Assembly (NCBI RefSeq): GCF_044704955.1
Contig: NC_091993.1
Coordinates: 45,384,001 to 45,448,000, forward strand
Reading direction: 5' to 3'
Origin: Pristiophorus japonicus
Lineage: Eukaryota
Length of the DNA stretch: 64,000 nt
Both the position numbers and the translations under genes were made by a program. Numbering within the stretch: position 1 is the first letter of the stretch; each line of letters opens with the position of its first letter. This document shows, one piece after another, positions 1 through 12,450 of this stretch. Under the pieces are notes generated by a model that had not been told where the DNA came from, ran no database searches, and saw only the letters and a program-made list of their open reading frames with translations.

Positions 1-489
1 AGAGCCTAGTTTTAATTGGCTCGGCCATTTACTGCTGTCACTATGCATCAGTTTGGACTGTTCTGTTGGGATACATAAATCTTGTTAGTTAATTTGGAAT
101 CTAAGCAGAGCTCAGGTACATTTGTGTGCAGATCAGTGCCCTTGTTTGGTTCCACTCCGACCTAGCCAATCGTAACCAGAGCCTCACCAGCCCCTCTTCC
201 CGCCCCCGTGCCATTACCACTGGAGTCCCCATGGAGCTATCCTTGGCCCTTCCTCTCCTTTGACGACATCATCCGAGCACATGGTGCTGATAATGCCACG
301 TCCACTCCTCCCCCACCTCTCTCGACCCTTTCACTGTCTGTGATGTCACACTGCTTGTCCAAAAATCCAGTCTTGGATGAGCTGAATACAGTTAACCATT
401 GGGAAGACCGAAGCCATCGTCTCCAGTTCCTGTCACAAACTCAGGACCCTCGCCATCGATTCTAAACTCCCCCTCCCTGGCCACTATCT

Positions 490-1075
490 CAAGTTGAACC
501 AGATTGTTCATAACTTTGGCGAAAAACTGTGCTTTTGACCCCACACCCTCCCCATCACCAAGACTACGTATTGTCACCTCAGTTGACATCACCAGTCTCG
601 GACACTGCCTCAACTCATCTACTGCTGAAACCCTCATCCTACTCGACTATCCCAATGCTTTTCTGGCCGACCTGCTGCATCCACCCTCCATAAAATTCAG
701 CTCAACCAAAATGCTGCTGCCCATGTCCTATCCCACACAAGCTCATCCATTAGCTCTGTGCTCACTAATCTACTGTGGTTCCCAGTCCCCTAATACTTTC
801 AATTTAAAATTCTTATCCTCATGTTTGAATCCCTTCATGGTCTCGCCCCTCCCTATCTCTGTAACCTAATTCAGCACTAACTCTGCATTCCACCAATTCT
901 GGCCTCTTGTGCACCCCTTCCCTTCACCCCTCCATTGGCGGTCATGCCTTCAGCCGTGTTGGCCATATGATCGGGAATTTTGGTCACGGTCCTAATGTCT
1001 CCTTTATTGGCTCAGCGTCCATTTTGGTCTAAATTTTCTATGTGCATCACCTGAGAAGTTTTGCTGTGTTGAAGG
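490..1075 (+). mobile_element. Degraded L2-type LINE 3' fragment
   Basis: Remnant 'ctgctgaaaccctcatc..gactatcccaatgct' (AETLI..LDYPNA) and 'ccattggcggtcatgccttcagc', typical of an L2 ORF2 C-terminus. Heavily decayed; boundaries approximate. Confidence 0.55.
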
Positions 1076-1092
1076 TTGATATTACCAGCAAA

Positions 1093-2369
1093 AAGAACAT
1101 AAGAACATAAGAATTTGGAACAGGAATAGGCCATCTAGCCCCTCGAGCCTGCTCCCCCACTCAACAAGATCATGGCTGATCTGGCCGTGGACTCAACTCC
1201 ACTTACCCGCCCGCTCCCCGTAACCCTTAATTCCCTTATTGATTAAAAATCTATCTACCTGTGATTTGAATACATTCAATTAGCTAGCCTCAACTGCTTC
1301 CCTGGGCAGAGAATTCCACAGATTCACAACCCTCTGGGAGAAGAAATTCCTTCTCAACTCGGTTTTAAATTGGCTCCCCCGTATTTTGAGGCTGTGCTCC
1401 CTAGTTCTAGTCTCCCCGACCAGGGGAAACAACCTCTCTGACTCTATCTTGTCTATCCCTTTCATTATTTTAAATGTTTCTATAAGATCACCCCTCATCC
1501 TTCTGAACTCCAACGAGTAAAGACCCTGTCTACTCAATCTATCATCATAAGGTAACCCCCTCATCTCCGGTATCAGCCTATTGAATCGTCTCTGTACCCC
1601 CTCCAAAGCTAGTATATCCTTCCTTAAGCAAGGTGACCAAAACTGCATGCAGTACTCCAGGTGCAGCCTCACCAATACCCTGTACAGTTGCAGCAGGACC
1701 TCCCTGCTTTTGGACTCCATCCCTCTCGCAATGAAGGCCAACATTCCATTCACCTTCCTGATTACCTGTTGCACCTGCAAACTAACTTTTTGGGATTCAT
1801 GCACAAGGACCCCCAGGTCCCTCTGCACCGCAGCATGTTATAATTTCTCCCCATTCAAATAATATTCCCTTTTACTGTTTTTCTTTCCAAGGTTGATGAC
1901 CTCACATTTTCCGACATTGTAGTCCATCTGCCGAACCTTAGCCCATTCGCTTAACCTATCTAAATCTCTTTGCAGCCTCTCTGTGTCCTCTACACAACCC
2001 GCTTTCCCACTAAACTTTGTGTCATCTGCAAATTTTGTTACACTACACTCTGTCCCCTCTTCCAGGTCATCTATGTATATTGTAAACAGTTGTGGTCCCA
2101 GCACCGATCCCTGTGGCACACCACTAACCACCGATTTCCAACCCGAAAAGGACCCATTTATCCCGACTCTCTGCTTTCTGTTAGCCAGCCAATTCTCTAT
2201 CCATGCTAATACATTTCTTCTGACTCCGCGTACCTTTATCTTCTGCAGTAACCTTTTGTGTGGCACCTTATTGAATGCCTTTTGGAAATCTAAATACACC
2301 ACATCCATCGGTACACCTCTATCCACCATGCTCATTATATCCTCAAAGAATTCCAGTAAATTAGTTAAA
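1093..2369 (-). mobile_element. CR1 LINE, 5'-truncated (RT C-terminal half and 3' tail)
   Basis: ORFs 1838-2413 (YLDFQKAF, GVPQGSVLGP, FADDTK) and 1280-1828 (HLEYC..FWSP, RGDLIE). (TTCTTATG)n tail at ~1093-1112. Confidence 0.93.
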
Positions 2370-2413
2370 CAAAAAGGCAATGCAAGCAGCATAGTGAAGG
2401 ATAGAAAGACCAC

Positions 2414-3648
2414 GGGGCCAAAATTGCCCCTTTATATGAGGTCCATGGCCCCCTGAAGGCGACGACCATGGGGCGGTTTGGATTGGCCGCCGTGGTGCCG
2501 TGGAGGGGCCGTCATTTTGAACATTGCCCTCCTTTACTTTTGGAGCGGTGTAGGAGACCATACGGCCATTTTCCCACCGCCTCGTGCACGTGCCGACCCC
2601 TTACCGACTGCTGATGACCCCTTTGCGAAATTGCCACATGGGAAATTGCCAAGTTCGTACATTGCTCCGCGGGAGCAGCGCTACCACCGGTCGGTGCCCC
2701 GATGGCTTTTTCTGTTGGTGCCCTTTCTGTGGCTGAACGGCGCGACCACCCTTAAAGGGGAGATGGCACTGCCGGCAACGCCATGTTATTTTTTGTCAGC
2801 CAACTGCCAGGTCAGGCTGACAATTATGGCCACGGGTTCGGCCGGGCTGCCAACAGGACCTCTTGGGTGCCAGCCCACTGGCCTGGCTGAAACCCTCCCT
2901 GGTGACCCAGTGTTTGCCATTAAAGTGGCTGCTGAGTTTGTAGCGGCCCTCCCCTTTAACTGATGCAGAGGGACGTTGTGACGTGCCAGCGTGATGACAT
3001 CATCAGCACAGCACTGATGACTTTCAGCATCAGTCACTCCGACCACACCCACGGCTCCCCCCACCCCCACCCCCGCGCTGACTTACACCCTGCTAGTGAC
3101 GGCCACTCCAATCTAACCGCACTTCCGCCTCGCTGATGATGCCACTTCCGCCCTTGATCAGGCCACATTGTTTGCATGCCTGACACAAGACTCCCAAAGT
3201 AAGCGCTCTACTCGGAAGTCCTTCACGGCAAACGAGCCAAAGGTGGGTAGAGGAAACGTTACAAGGACACCCTCAAAGCCTCCTTGATAAAATGCAACAT
3301 CCCCACCGACAACTGGGAGTCCCTGGCCAAAGACTGCCCTAAGTGGAGGAAGTGCATCCGGGAGGGCACTGAGCACCTCGAGTCTCATCGCCAAGAGCAT
3401 GCAGAAATCAAGCGCAGGCAGCGGAAGGAGCGTGCGGCAAACCAGACTCCCCACCCACCCCTTCCCTCAACCACTGTCTGTCCCACCTCCAACAGGGACT
3501 GTGGTTCTCGTATTGGACTGTTCAACCACCTCATTTTTAGAGTGGAAGCCAGTCTTCCTCGTTCTGTCCGCCCCATGTATTGGGGCGGATAGAACGCTTC
3601 TAGAGTGGTAGGTGTGACTCATTTCGGGCGGTGGGCGATTTCGGCCCT
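2414..3648. mobile_element. Harbinger-type non-autonomous element (MITE), interrupted by an RTE fragment
   Basis: Left TIR ggggccaaaattgcccc (2414-2430); degenerate right TIR tgggcgatttcggccct (3632-3648). GC-rich interior shares motifs with 44370-45164 and 51342-52052. Confidence 0.7.
3158..3561 (+). mobile_element. RTE LINE 3' fragment
   Basis: Encodes KDTLKASL/KCNIPTDNWESLAKDCPKWR..CPT..C.SRIGLF.H and is homologous to the RTE 3' end at 54255-54700. Confidence 0.88.
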
Positions 3649-5920
3649 GCACAAGTCTGTCAAAAAGTGAGGATAGAGCAGCGAAACCTGGAAAGTGAGC
3701 AGATTCAAGCACTGTTGGAGACTTGCAAAATGGAGTTCGTGGTTGATGTGCAAAAATGAGAGGCTGACGAAAGGAAAAAGCAGCAACTGTTTGAGGTATG
3801 CTGTTAAGGCCATTCCTAAGGTGGAGGTTGGCCATAGGTCACAAATAACACAGCTCCATAACTGCCTTGTGATTGAACCTAACCCTGTAGAGGCAGTGCT
3901 TCTCCATCATTGCCAGGTAGCTGTTCCTGGGCCTTTAAATACAATTGGTGGCATATAGACAAGTCTGTTTCTGATGCCAACTGATATCCCTTCTTTGTAC
4001 CTCTTCCTCCTTGTCCATTAAATTCAGTGATATAGAATGTTGAAACAGGTTTCCAAGGACAAGGCAACAGCGTTTCAGTTTCTGACATGTGAGAATCTAA
4101 CGAACTGAAAATGCCTTTGTAAAATTGACTAGACTAGTGCACTGCATGTGCTGTGTGTGGCAACAGGAATACTGCAGTCTTCCCTTTTACATTAGCGATT
4201 TGGTAATCAAAATCAGCCCGCATTCAGTGCACGAACATGTAGTCCTGTCAGGGAAGCAGTTCTGGGAATTACAGTGCTGCAAACAATGGTGGGAAGGGAG
4301 CAAGTACAGGATCTGGTGCTGTTCCTGCTCCCATATGAACAATTCCCATAAGCACAATTCCCATACACACCAAGGATAGCATAGGTATAGTATAAACTTT
4401 AACACCAAACAAAGATGAATAATTTAAATTATACCGGCAAATTTGCTGTTGTCTTCATGAGCATAATTACCATTTGATTACCTTACAATAAATGAGTTTA
4501 TATCTTTAGCCAAAAATATGGAGTGGACATTCCTGCTCAGTCTCCTCCCAAAGTGCCCATCTTAATAAATACCAGTGCCCACCCAATTCATTTCACTCTG
4601 CTTGACATTAAGAAGTGATTGAATGCATGAGACACTGCAACAACTATGGGCCCTGACACTGTCACCCACATCCCAAGAGTATTTGTTAAAAATCACATCT
4701 CTTCCAATAATCAAACAGCCCATGCCAGATGCAGCAGGACCTGGATAACATCCATATATGGGCTAGCAGTATCATAAATGTCAGGCAAGGACCATTTCCA
4801 ACCAGAAAGGCATCCATCTGTAGCAGACCATCATCATAGGAACAGGAGGAGGCCATTCAGTCCCTCGAGCTTGTTCCGCCATTCAGTCAGATCAAGTCTG
4901 ATCTGCAGCACTGTATTTGGTGTCAAGTGTGATAGCACCTTGAAGAGGGAGTCTAATGCTGATTCAGCTTCAAAGCCCACTTGTTCAACCTTAAAACCAA
5001 TGTTTAGTGATAGTTTGATGGTCTGCTGGACACCTCTAAGCTGCTATTAGGAAAGAGATGACTGCGTCATTAATCAATTTCTAACATGAAACATTTCACT
5101 CACAATAGGAGCAATGCTTTGCCCATGTATTTCAGTTAACCAGACTCTGATATACCTGGTACAATTCTCAAACATTACCTACAATATAAGTGCAGGTTTA
5201 AATGTATTGACTTTGGAAGATTGACAGTGACCTTCATTCTCTGAGGGTGCATTTACTGCGAGTTTAGTGTCTGTGTAAAGCGATCTCAGATACCGAATGT
5301 GTGTGGTGTAAATCAAGAGTTAAGATACAACGTCACTAAGAAACACCTTAAATGAGACTCTGCATCCCTCTGGAACCCTAACTTCCGATTTACGCAACAG
5401 ATATTTAGCAGCTGGCAGCAAATCGCCGCTAGGCACCCGTGTCTAGTCCTGTGTGGTGAGACAGACCGCCCGCGGCGTTGCTCAGTGTGAGTGGGAGGAT
5501 CGCTGCAATGTAACAGGGATGTCACTTTCTGTAAGTGTCACGCTTTATCTGTCACTTTGTTGGGAACATGCCTATTTTAGGACATCAATTCCTCCACTCG
5601 CCTTGAGCAATGCCAGGGGCACCTCTCTGACTCGACAACACCTTGAAGTAACTGACCACTGATTTATCCACACCATGTCGGTTATCAGTGGGCAGGATAA
5701 CTGAGCACAGTGCCGCCGGCTGTAATTACATGTGCTCCATTGCAATGAAGTTGGTTTACACACACTGAGCACGTGCAATGCTCCAATACTTGCCAATACG
5801 AATGTTGCTGCCCCTGCGGTGGGTCTGTTACCGGTCACCGATGCGCCAGTCATGTGAAGCCATTCTCCAGGAGACAATGTGGGGAAGAGGTGACAATTTA
5901 GCAGAAAGTAATGCCAATAC

Positions 5921-8086
5921 CTCTCTGGATTTGCGCTGCCAATCCTTGGTGTCGCTTGGCACCTGGTGCGTGCTGTCTCCCAGGCCGATGCCCGGCTCGG
6001 CGCTGTACCCTATCGCCCTCCAGTCCCGGGGCGAGTTCGAGATGCTGGCGATCTTGGACTCGGTGGCGCTGTTCTCCTCCGTTAGGGACTTGGACGGTCT
6101 GCGGACGAACAAACTTTTTCTCAGGGCTTTGACGCGGAGGCTCTCGTTATTGCTGATGGGAGAGAGCTTCTCCGCCGGCGGTTCCTGGATCTTCTGGTCC
6201 AACTTGTTGAGTTTGGCCAGAACCTGGGAGATCTCGTCTCGGACCCCGGACAGGGCCTCGAGCTTGTTCTCGATCTCGCCGATCCTCAGCACCAGCTTGC
6301 AAACACTCATCTTGAGCTCTTCATCCCCGGACTGGTGGCAGCGAAGCCCCTTGTGCGGGGCGCTGGCATTGACCGGGGTGCGCTCTGGGCTGGCACAGTC
6401 TGACTTGGGCAGGCCGGACAGCGAGCCACTGCTGTTGTAGCACGATTGCAAGAGGCCGGTGGAGCCACTCACACTCATGTCATCCAGAAACTTGAAAATG
6501 TCGCTGATATCATCGGTGAGGCCCTCGGATTCCTCGTCCGACTGTTTGATGGGCACCTTCTCCCCGTATCTGGGCTGGTGGCCCTGGGCACTGTCCTTCC
6601 ACTTGCCCCGCACCGCCTGCTCAGTCTGGGTGCCCACACTCGCCGTTTTCTCCAGGCTCAGCAGCGGCGCCGGGCACCCATTGGCACCCTTGTCTTTGAG
6701 CTTGCGGAGGTTGGCGTGCGAGGCCGGCTCGGCTTTGGGGTGGCAGTGGTAGAGCTGCGGGGCCGGCGCCTCCTCGCCGGCCGCCGCCGCCTGTTTGAAG
6801 AAGCTCTGCGCCCTGTCCATGGTGCTGATAGCCTCGGCCGCCGCTGCCGCCTGCCTCTGGCGAGCCTCCGCCAGCAGCTCCTCCTTGGCGTTGCTCGGGT
6901 ACCTGGCGCTATGGCCCGCCTGCCTGCCGGCAGAGAAATACTTGTCACAGTCCTCGGCCTCGGCGTTGTTCAGGCTCCAGCTCTTCAGCAGCCAAGGCGC
7001 CGGCTTGTGGAGCTTGGCCGAGAGTTTGCGGGGTTCCTGTGAGATGGTGCTCGGCCCAAAATAGGTGGTCCCTTGAAGGTCGTCCAAACTTTCATGCTTG
7101 ACGTATCTTTTTTCTTGACTTGGGGACGATGTGGAATCACAGTAAGGGTTGCTGTAGGGCATCTCAAAGCTGTTACTGAAAAAGGTAGAGAAACGCGTGC
7201 CATTTTTCCGAAGGTGTGAGCTCTGGTCCTCATCCTCTGACTCTTTGTCCATTGGCACCAACTTGGCCACACAAGGCAGCATGTCCTGAAGGTCTCCATT
7301 GAAGACAGGCCTGGCCTGGGCACAGGGGCTGATGGTGAAGGCTTCGTCGCTGGAATCCAGGGCTCCGTTCCTGTCCGCCTTCCTGCTCGGGGAGTCCGGG
7401 TCCGAGTTGGACTCCTGTTCCGGGTCCATGGGGAAATAGGTGGTCTGCATGACGCACGCCTGCGGGTCGATGCCGTTGAAAGTTGGGGACCCTTGCAGGC
7501 GGTCTAGCGACGCCGCCCTGCCTTTATTCTCCTCCGGCCCCTCACTGCCGATGCCCAGGAAAACATTGGGGTCGGACGTGCAGATGAGCCGATGGCAATC
7601 CTTGCAGTCGGCTGCGGGACAGGCGGTGGGAGCCCTGGGGGGCGAGTGCTGGCCGCCGCCGCCCCTCTCCATCGAGTCGTAAGTGGGAGAGCGAAAGCGA
7701 CAGATCTCGGTGTCCGATCGACACGACTCGAACGATCCATGTTTGCTCACCTTGAGCTGCTGTCGGCGGGGCAGCTTCTCCTTCGCAACCCCGCCGTTCA
7801 TCTGAATCAGGTTGAACATGGTGACGATGTCGGCGGCGATCATGATTTTCTTGGACTGGGGGCTGTCCACATTGCACCGCAATTTCTCCTTGAAGAGAGT
7901 GGCTGGGAAATTGGGGTCCAGGCAGGCGGTATAAAACAGCAGGCTCCGCAGCTTGGCCAAGTGAGTGAGATCAAAGCGAGCACAAAGCAGTTTGCACAGA
8001 TCCTGATAGGAGACCGTGCCGTGATTCGCATCCAGTTCCTCCAAGATCCGGACTAGGAAAAGCGAGTATTCCGGGGCAGCTTCCAT
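5921..8086 (-). CDS. MINAR1: MINAR1/KIAA1024 (UBTOR)-like, large first coding exon (722 codons, phase-0 donor)
   Basis: N-terminus MEAAPEYSLFLVRILEELD..TVSYQDLCK.LCARFDL..LAKLRS.LFYTACLDPNFPATLFK and internal KHESLDDLQ, DDISDIF.FLDDMS, CKLVLRIGEIE.KLE and SLTEENSATESKIASISNSPRDWR match vertebrate MINAR1 as I recall it. ATG at 8084-8086; donor GAG|GTATTG at 5921/5920 right after KDWQRKSRE. The downstream exons were not found in the window. Confidence 0.93.
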
Positions 8087-8228
8087 CTTCCCCGCCCGCG
8101 ATGCTATCGATTGAAAAGGAATTGATTTCCAGCCGCCCTTTAACCAATTAGTTAATTCTCTTGTGCCGCTCCGGCTCAACACCAGCTCATGTGCGTTTGG
8201 TAAAACACATTCCGAAGCAATTTATCTC

Positions 8229-8262
8229 CTGAAAGGACGCGGAGTGTGAAGGGTCTGTTAGC
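8229..8262 (-). promoter_or_regulatory. Putative branch point and splice acceptor of the MINAR1 exon (exon would start at 8228)
   Basis: Minus strand reads gCTAACagacccttcacactccgcgtcctttcAG|G: a CTAAC branch consensus about 30 nt upstream of a pyrimidine-rich TTTCAG. Confidence 0.6.
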
Positions 8263-8804
8263 TGCAGAATTGAGCAGTCCAGTGTTGAGCAGTGCCTGCA
8301 CAGACCCTGTACATACCGTTCGCAGGTGGCACAAGCTGCCTGGAGTCCTGCTTCAAAATTCATTCGCAACCAATAACATGAGCAGATCAATAAGCCCCAA
8401 ACAGCCAGCCTGCCTACATTCCTCGCTGCATTTCCTCCAACTCCAGACGCTGGAATATACCGTGACCCACAATTAAGATGCCGAGCCTGGCTAAGAATCC
8501 ATGACCGGTCAGTTGCATGTTTGAGCAAGGAGCTGTCCACAGGCTGGAGGGACTGGATGGTGCTGAAAGATTCGGAATCACATTGTTTCTCTCCAGCATG
8601 ACGTCATTTACATTCAATCCAATGGCTCAGCTTCAGGGAGAAAGGCAACGAGAGGCACTCGCCGTGCCGGCTGCGAACGGTGTGCCATTTCAAACTTTAC
8701 TACTTCCTCGAAAAACCCAGCAGGTGTAACTAGAAAACGCCCCGCTTTCACTGGCACTGCTGGAATCTAAGTTCACAACAACAAGCAAATTGGGTGCAAG
8801 AAAG

Positions 8805-9762
8805 ACAGACTTGCATTTCACAAGTGCAATTCGCAACCTCAGCTCATCCCAAAGCGCTTTGCAGCCAATTAAGTCCTTTTAAAGTGTAGTCACTGTTGCA
8901 ATGCAGATAGTTTGCGCACAGCAAGCTCCCACAAACAGCAATGAGATCATGGCCAGGACACTGTGAGAAAGCCCCTGTTCTTTTTTGAAAAGGAACATGG
9001 GAACAGGGGGAGGCCATTCAGCCCCTCGAGCTTGGGCTTCATTCAGCTAGATCATGGCTGATCTGTATATTAACTTCGACTTTACACCTTGGTTCTGTAA
9101 AACTTTAATACACTTGTCTAACAAAAATCTATCATCTCAGTTTTATATCTTCAAGTGTCAGCTTTTTGGAGGAGATAGTTCCAGATTTCCACTACCTTCT
9201 GTGAAGAAATGCTTCCTGACATCACCCCTGAGCGGCCTGGCTCTAATATTAAGGTTACACCCCCTTGTTCTGGACTCCCCATCAGAGGAAATAGTTTATC
9301 TCTATCTACCCTAGCAACTCCTTTAATCATCTTAAACACCTCAATTAGATCACCCCTTAATCTTCTACACTCCAGGGAATACAAGCCCAGTCTATGCAAC
9401 CTGTTCTCAGAATTTAACCCTTTACCTCCCAATATCATTCTGGTGAATCTGCGCTGCTCCCCTCCAAGGCCGATATATCCTTCCCGAGAGGTGGGTCACA
9501 GGACTGTGTGCAATATTTTAAATGAAGTCCAACCAGACCTTTATATAACTATAACATAACTTCCACTGTGGGATCTTTCGCACCCACCTGAGAAGGGTTT
9601 AATTTCTCATTTGGAAGAAGGCCCCTCTGACAGTGCAGCACTCCCTCAGTATGGCACTGGAGTGTCAGCCTGGATTATGTGCTCGAGCCTCTGCAGAGGG
9701 ACATGAACCCACAACCTTCTGACTCAGAAGTGAGTGTGCTACCACTGGGCTATGGCTGACAT
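8805..9762 (-). mobile_element. Deu-domain SINE (SacSINE1/AmnSINE-like), split by a CR1 insertion
   Basis: Head and Deu core at 9566-9762 (gacagtgcagcactccctcagt); L2-like tail at 8805-8990. Homologous to 50275-50700. Confidence 0.75.
8993..9565 (-). mobile_element. CR1 3' fragment nested in a SINE
   Basis: ORF 9151-9438 (LGLYSLE.RRLRGDLIEVFK); CR1 3' UTR 'aggccattcagcccctcgagc'. Confidence 0.85.
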
Positions 9763-10064
9763 CTAATTATTATTTCCCAGGCTACACCCAAGGCAACGGG
9801 TGGGGGGATGAAATTGCAATATCCCACTCTATATATGCTACTTACTGATTTGTGTGGGAAATACTGCCACGTGGATATGGTTTAATGGCAAATAAGTTTG
9901 ACATGACTGCTGAACAAACCCTCAATGCAGTAGAATTGGAATTCAGTATTCCATTTTATCCACAGTGAAGTGTTTGAAAAACCACACTTTTGAGGGGAAA
10001 AGGATTCGCATGTAGTATGTAGTTAAGTCCACAGCACTAATGGTACGTAGTAGAGTTGCAACTA

Positions 10065-10590
10065 ACGTCACAGCATGTGGAGTCAGGGGATAAGTAGCAG
10101 AATGGATAACAAGCTAGCTACAAAACAGAAAACAATGACTGGAAGTTAAGAAATAAGGTCATCGACCTGAAACACTAACTCTGTTTCTCTCTCCTCAGAT
10201 GCTGCCTGACCCGTTGAATATTTCCAGCATTTTATCTTTTTATTTTAGATTTCCAGCCCGAAATATTCTGCTTTTGGTCTCAGAGTTAAGGGTAGTTACA
10301 CAGACTGGCAAAAGGTGGGAAGTGGTCTTCCAATGGATCGGTGCTGGGATCATCAATGATTTGGACTCAGGAACCGGAAGTACAATTTCAAGATTTGTGG
10401 ATGATACCAAATTGGGGAGTATAGTTAATACTGAGGAATGCAAAACAAAAGACAAGGTATTAATAAACTTGCAGATTGGGCATGCACTTGGCAAATTTAT
10501 TTAAATATAGTTACATTTCACTTGGTGCATTTTGGTAGGAAGAATAAGGAGGCTTCATACTCCTTGGAAAATAAGTTTAAATGGGGTAGG
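10065..10590 (+). mobile_element. Degraded CR1 RT fragment
   Basis: INDLDSG...ISRFVDDTKLG and LADWA..WQ..HFGRKN remnants. Confidence 0.7.
10151..10283 (+). mobile_element. Short Penelope-like terminal-repeat fragment with 7-bp TSD
   Basis: aggtc-atc-gacct-gaaac followed by 'tctgtttctctc..cagatgctgcctgacc..tttccagcatttt'. Flanked by AGTTAAG at 10144-10150 and 10284-10290. The family call is from recall. Confidence 0.55.
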
Positions 10591-10639
10591 TATACTAATG
10601 GTACTTCACTCGGTACACAGCAAGTACATAGTTCAGTAC

Positions 10640-11930
10640 AAAGCATGACAAATCAAACCCTCCCAATTACCATCCTATTCTCAATCATCCACAAACTGAT
10701 GCAAAGAGTCTTCAGCAGTGCTATGAGGCAGCACTTATGCACCAATAACCTGCTTACTGATGCTCAGTTAGGATTCCATCAGGAGCACTTGGCTCCAGAT
10801 CTCACTCATGACATTCTTCCAGGTCCAAATATTGACAAATAAGTTAAATTCCATTGTGAGGTGAGAGTGACTGCCCTTGACATCAAGGCAGTATTCGACC
10901 AAGTGTGGTATTAATGAGCCCGAGTGAAACTGAAGTCAATGAGGATCAGAAGGAAAATGCTCCCGTGGCAGGAGTCATACCGAGCAAAAAGGAAGCTGTT
11001 TGTGGCCAATTACCTCAGCCCCAGGACATTACTACAGAGTGCCTCAGGGCACCATATTAGTCCCAACTATCTCCAGCTGCTTCATCAATGTCCTTTGCTC
11101 CATCATAAGGTCAGGAATGGGGCTAGTCGCTGATAGCTGCACAGTGTTCAGTTCCATTTGTAACTCCTCAGATAATGAAGCAGTCCATGCCCACATGCAA
11201 CAAGACCTGGACAACATCTAGGCTTGGTCTGATAAGTGGCAAGTAACATTCACACCACAGGGGTTCCAGGCAATGACCATCTCCAACAAGAGAGTGTCTA
11301 ACCACTGCCTCTTGACATTCAATGCCATTACCATCACTGCAACCCCCACCATTAACATCCTGGGGGGGTCACCATTGACCAGAAACCCAATTGGACCAGC
11401 CAAATGAATGTTGTGGCACTAGAGCTTGTCAGAAGCTAAGTATTCTGCAGAGAGTGTCTCACCTCCTCACTCACCAAAACCTCTCCACCTATAAGGCACA
11501 AGTCAGGAGTTTGATGAAATGCTCTTCACTTGCCTGGATGGGTGCAGATGCAACAATGCTCAAGAAGCAATCCATTTGATCGGCAGCCCAACCACTACCT
11601 TAAGAATTCACTCCTTGTATTACCATGGTTCTTTACATGACATTCCAAACCTGAAACATCCACCAGCTGGAAGGACAGCAGATGCTTGGGAACACTTTCA
11701 CCTCCAAGTTTCCCTACACACCATCCTGATATGCACATATATCTGTATTCCTTCATCGTCACGGAGACAAAATCCTGGAACTCTCTACCTGGCAGCACAG
11801 TGGGGAGGTTCACCACATGGACTGCAGAAGTTCAAGAAGGTAACTCACCATCACCTTCTTAAAAGCGACTAGGGACTGGCAATAAATGCTGGACCTTCTA
11901 GCGAGACCTATATCCCATGAATGAATTGAA
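10640..11930 (+). mobile_element. Second CR1-group LINE family ('family B'), degraded 3' half
   Basis: ALDIKA.FD.VW, VPQGTIL.P, ADSCT (degenerate ADD) and MQQDLDNI remnants. 3' end aataaatgctgg..atcccatgaatgaat is shared with 15661-15750 and 18040-18075. Confidence 0.75.
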
Positions 11931-12004
11931 GATTGAAGAACCATACTATTAATGGTTTATAGCTAGATAAACAGTACTAATGGCTGGGTATACAACAAAA
12001 AGCC

Positions 12005-12450
12005 TCTCTTCCACGCGAACATCCGGGCCAGGGTGTCCTTGGAGATGGAGCACGCGGTGTCCACCGGTACGCTCGCGGCCTTCTGTGTGAGGTGGGTACC
12101 GGAGGGACTGGAGTGCATCGTTACCCCCCGCAACCAAATTTTAATTTGATTTTATATGTTTTAAAGTTTACTTTGTTTTAATTGCTGGATTTTTAGTGTC
12201 CACCTCCCCTTTTATAGGGGGCACTTGTAAAATATATGGTTTTAATGCCCCCCCAAAAAATCACAAAAATAAACCACAAAAAAACCAAAAAAAACATTTA
12301 TAAAAAAAAAAGGGGCAGTTAAGTGTCTGGAGTGTCCCCCAGATCGGGGGGCACTTGATCTAACGTTTATTTTGTTCCCCTCCAAAAGAGTTGTAGAGCT
12401 GTTGCAGGGGGCACTTGATTTAATTGTTTTTGTTTTGCAACAAAATAGTT
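12005..12450 (+). mobile_element. Tx1-clade LINE 3' end
   Basis: Reads FHANIRARVSLEMEHAVSTGTLAAFCVRW...NQILI* (Tx1-like ORF2 C-terminus), then a T-rich/A-rich 3' UTR with three 'gggggcacttg' motifs. Confidence 0.65.

Noticed and set aside
5778-8056. Antisense and alternate-frame ORFs over MINAR1 (e.g. 5778-6440, 6446-7042)
   Set aside because: Expected shadow ORFs of a GC-rich coding exon; no recognisable domains.
5828-8182. The 784-aa ORF taken as a complete single-exon protein
   Set aside because: The first 32 codons precede the conserved ATG and the last 30 follow a canonical donor at the expected exon boundary. No nearby poly(A) signal supports a read-through isoform.
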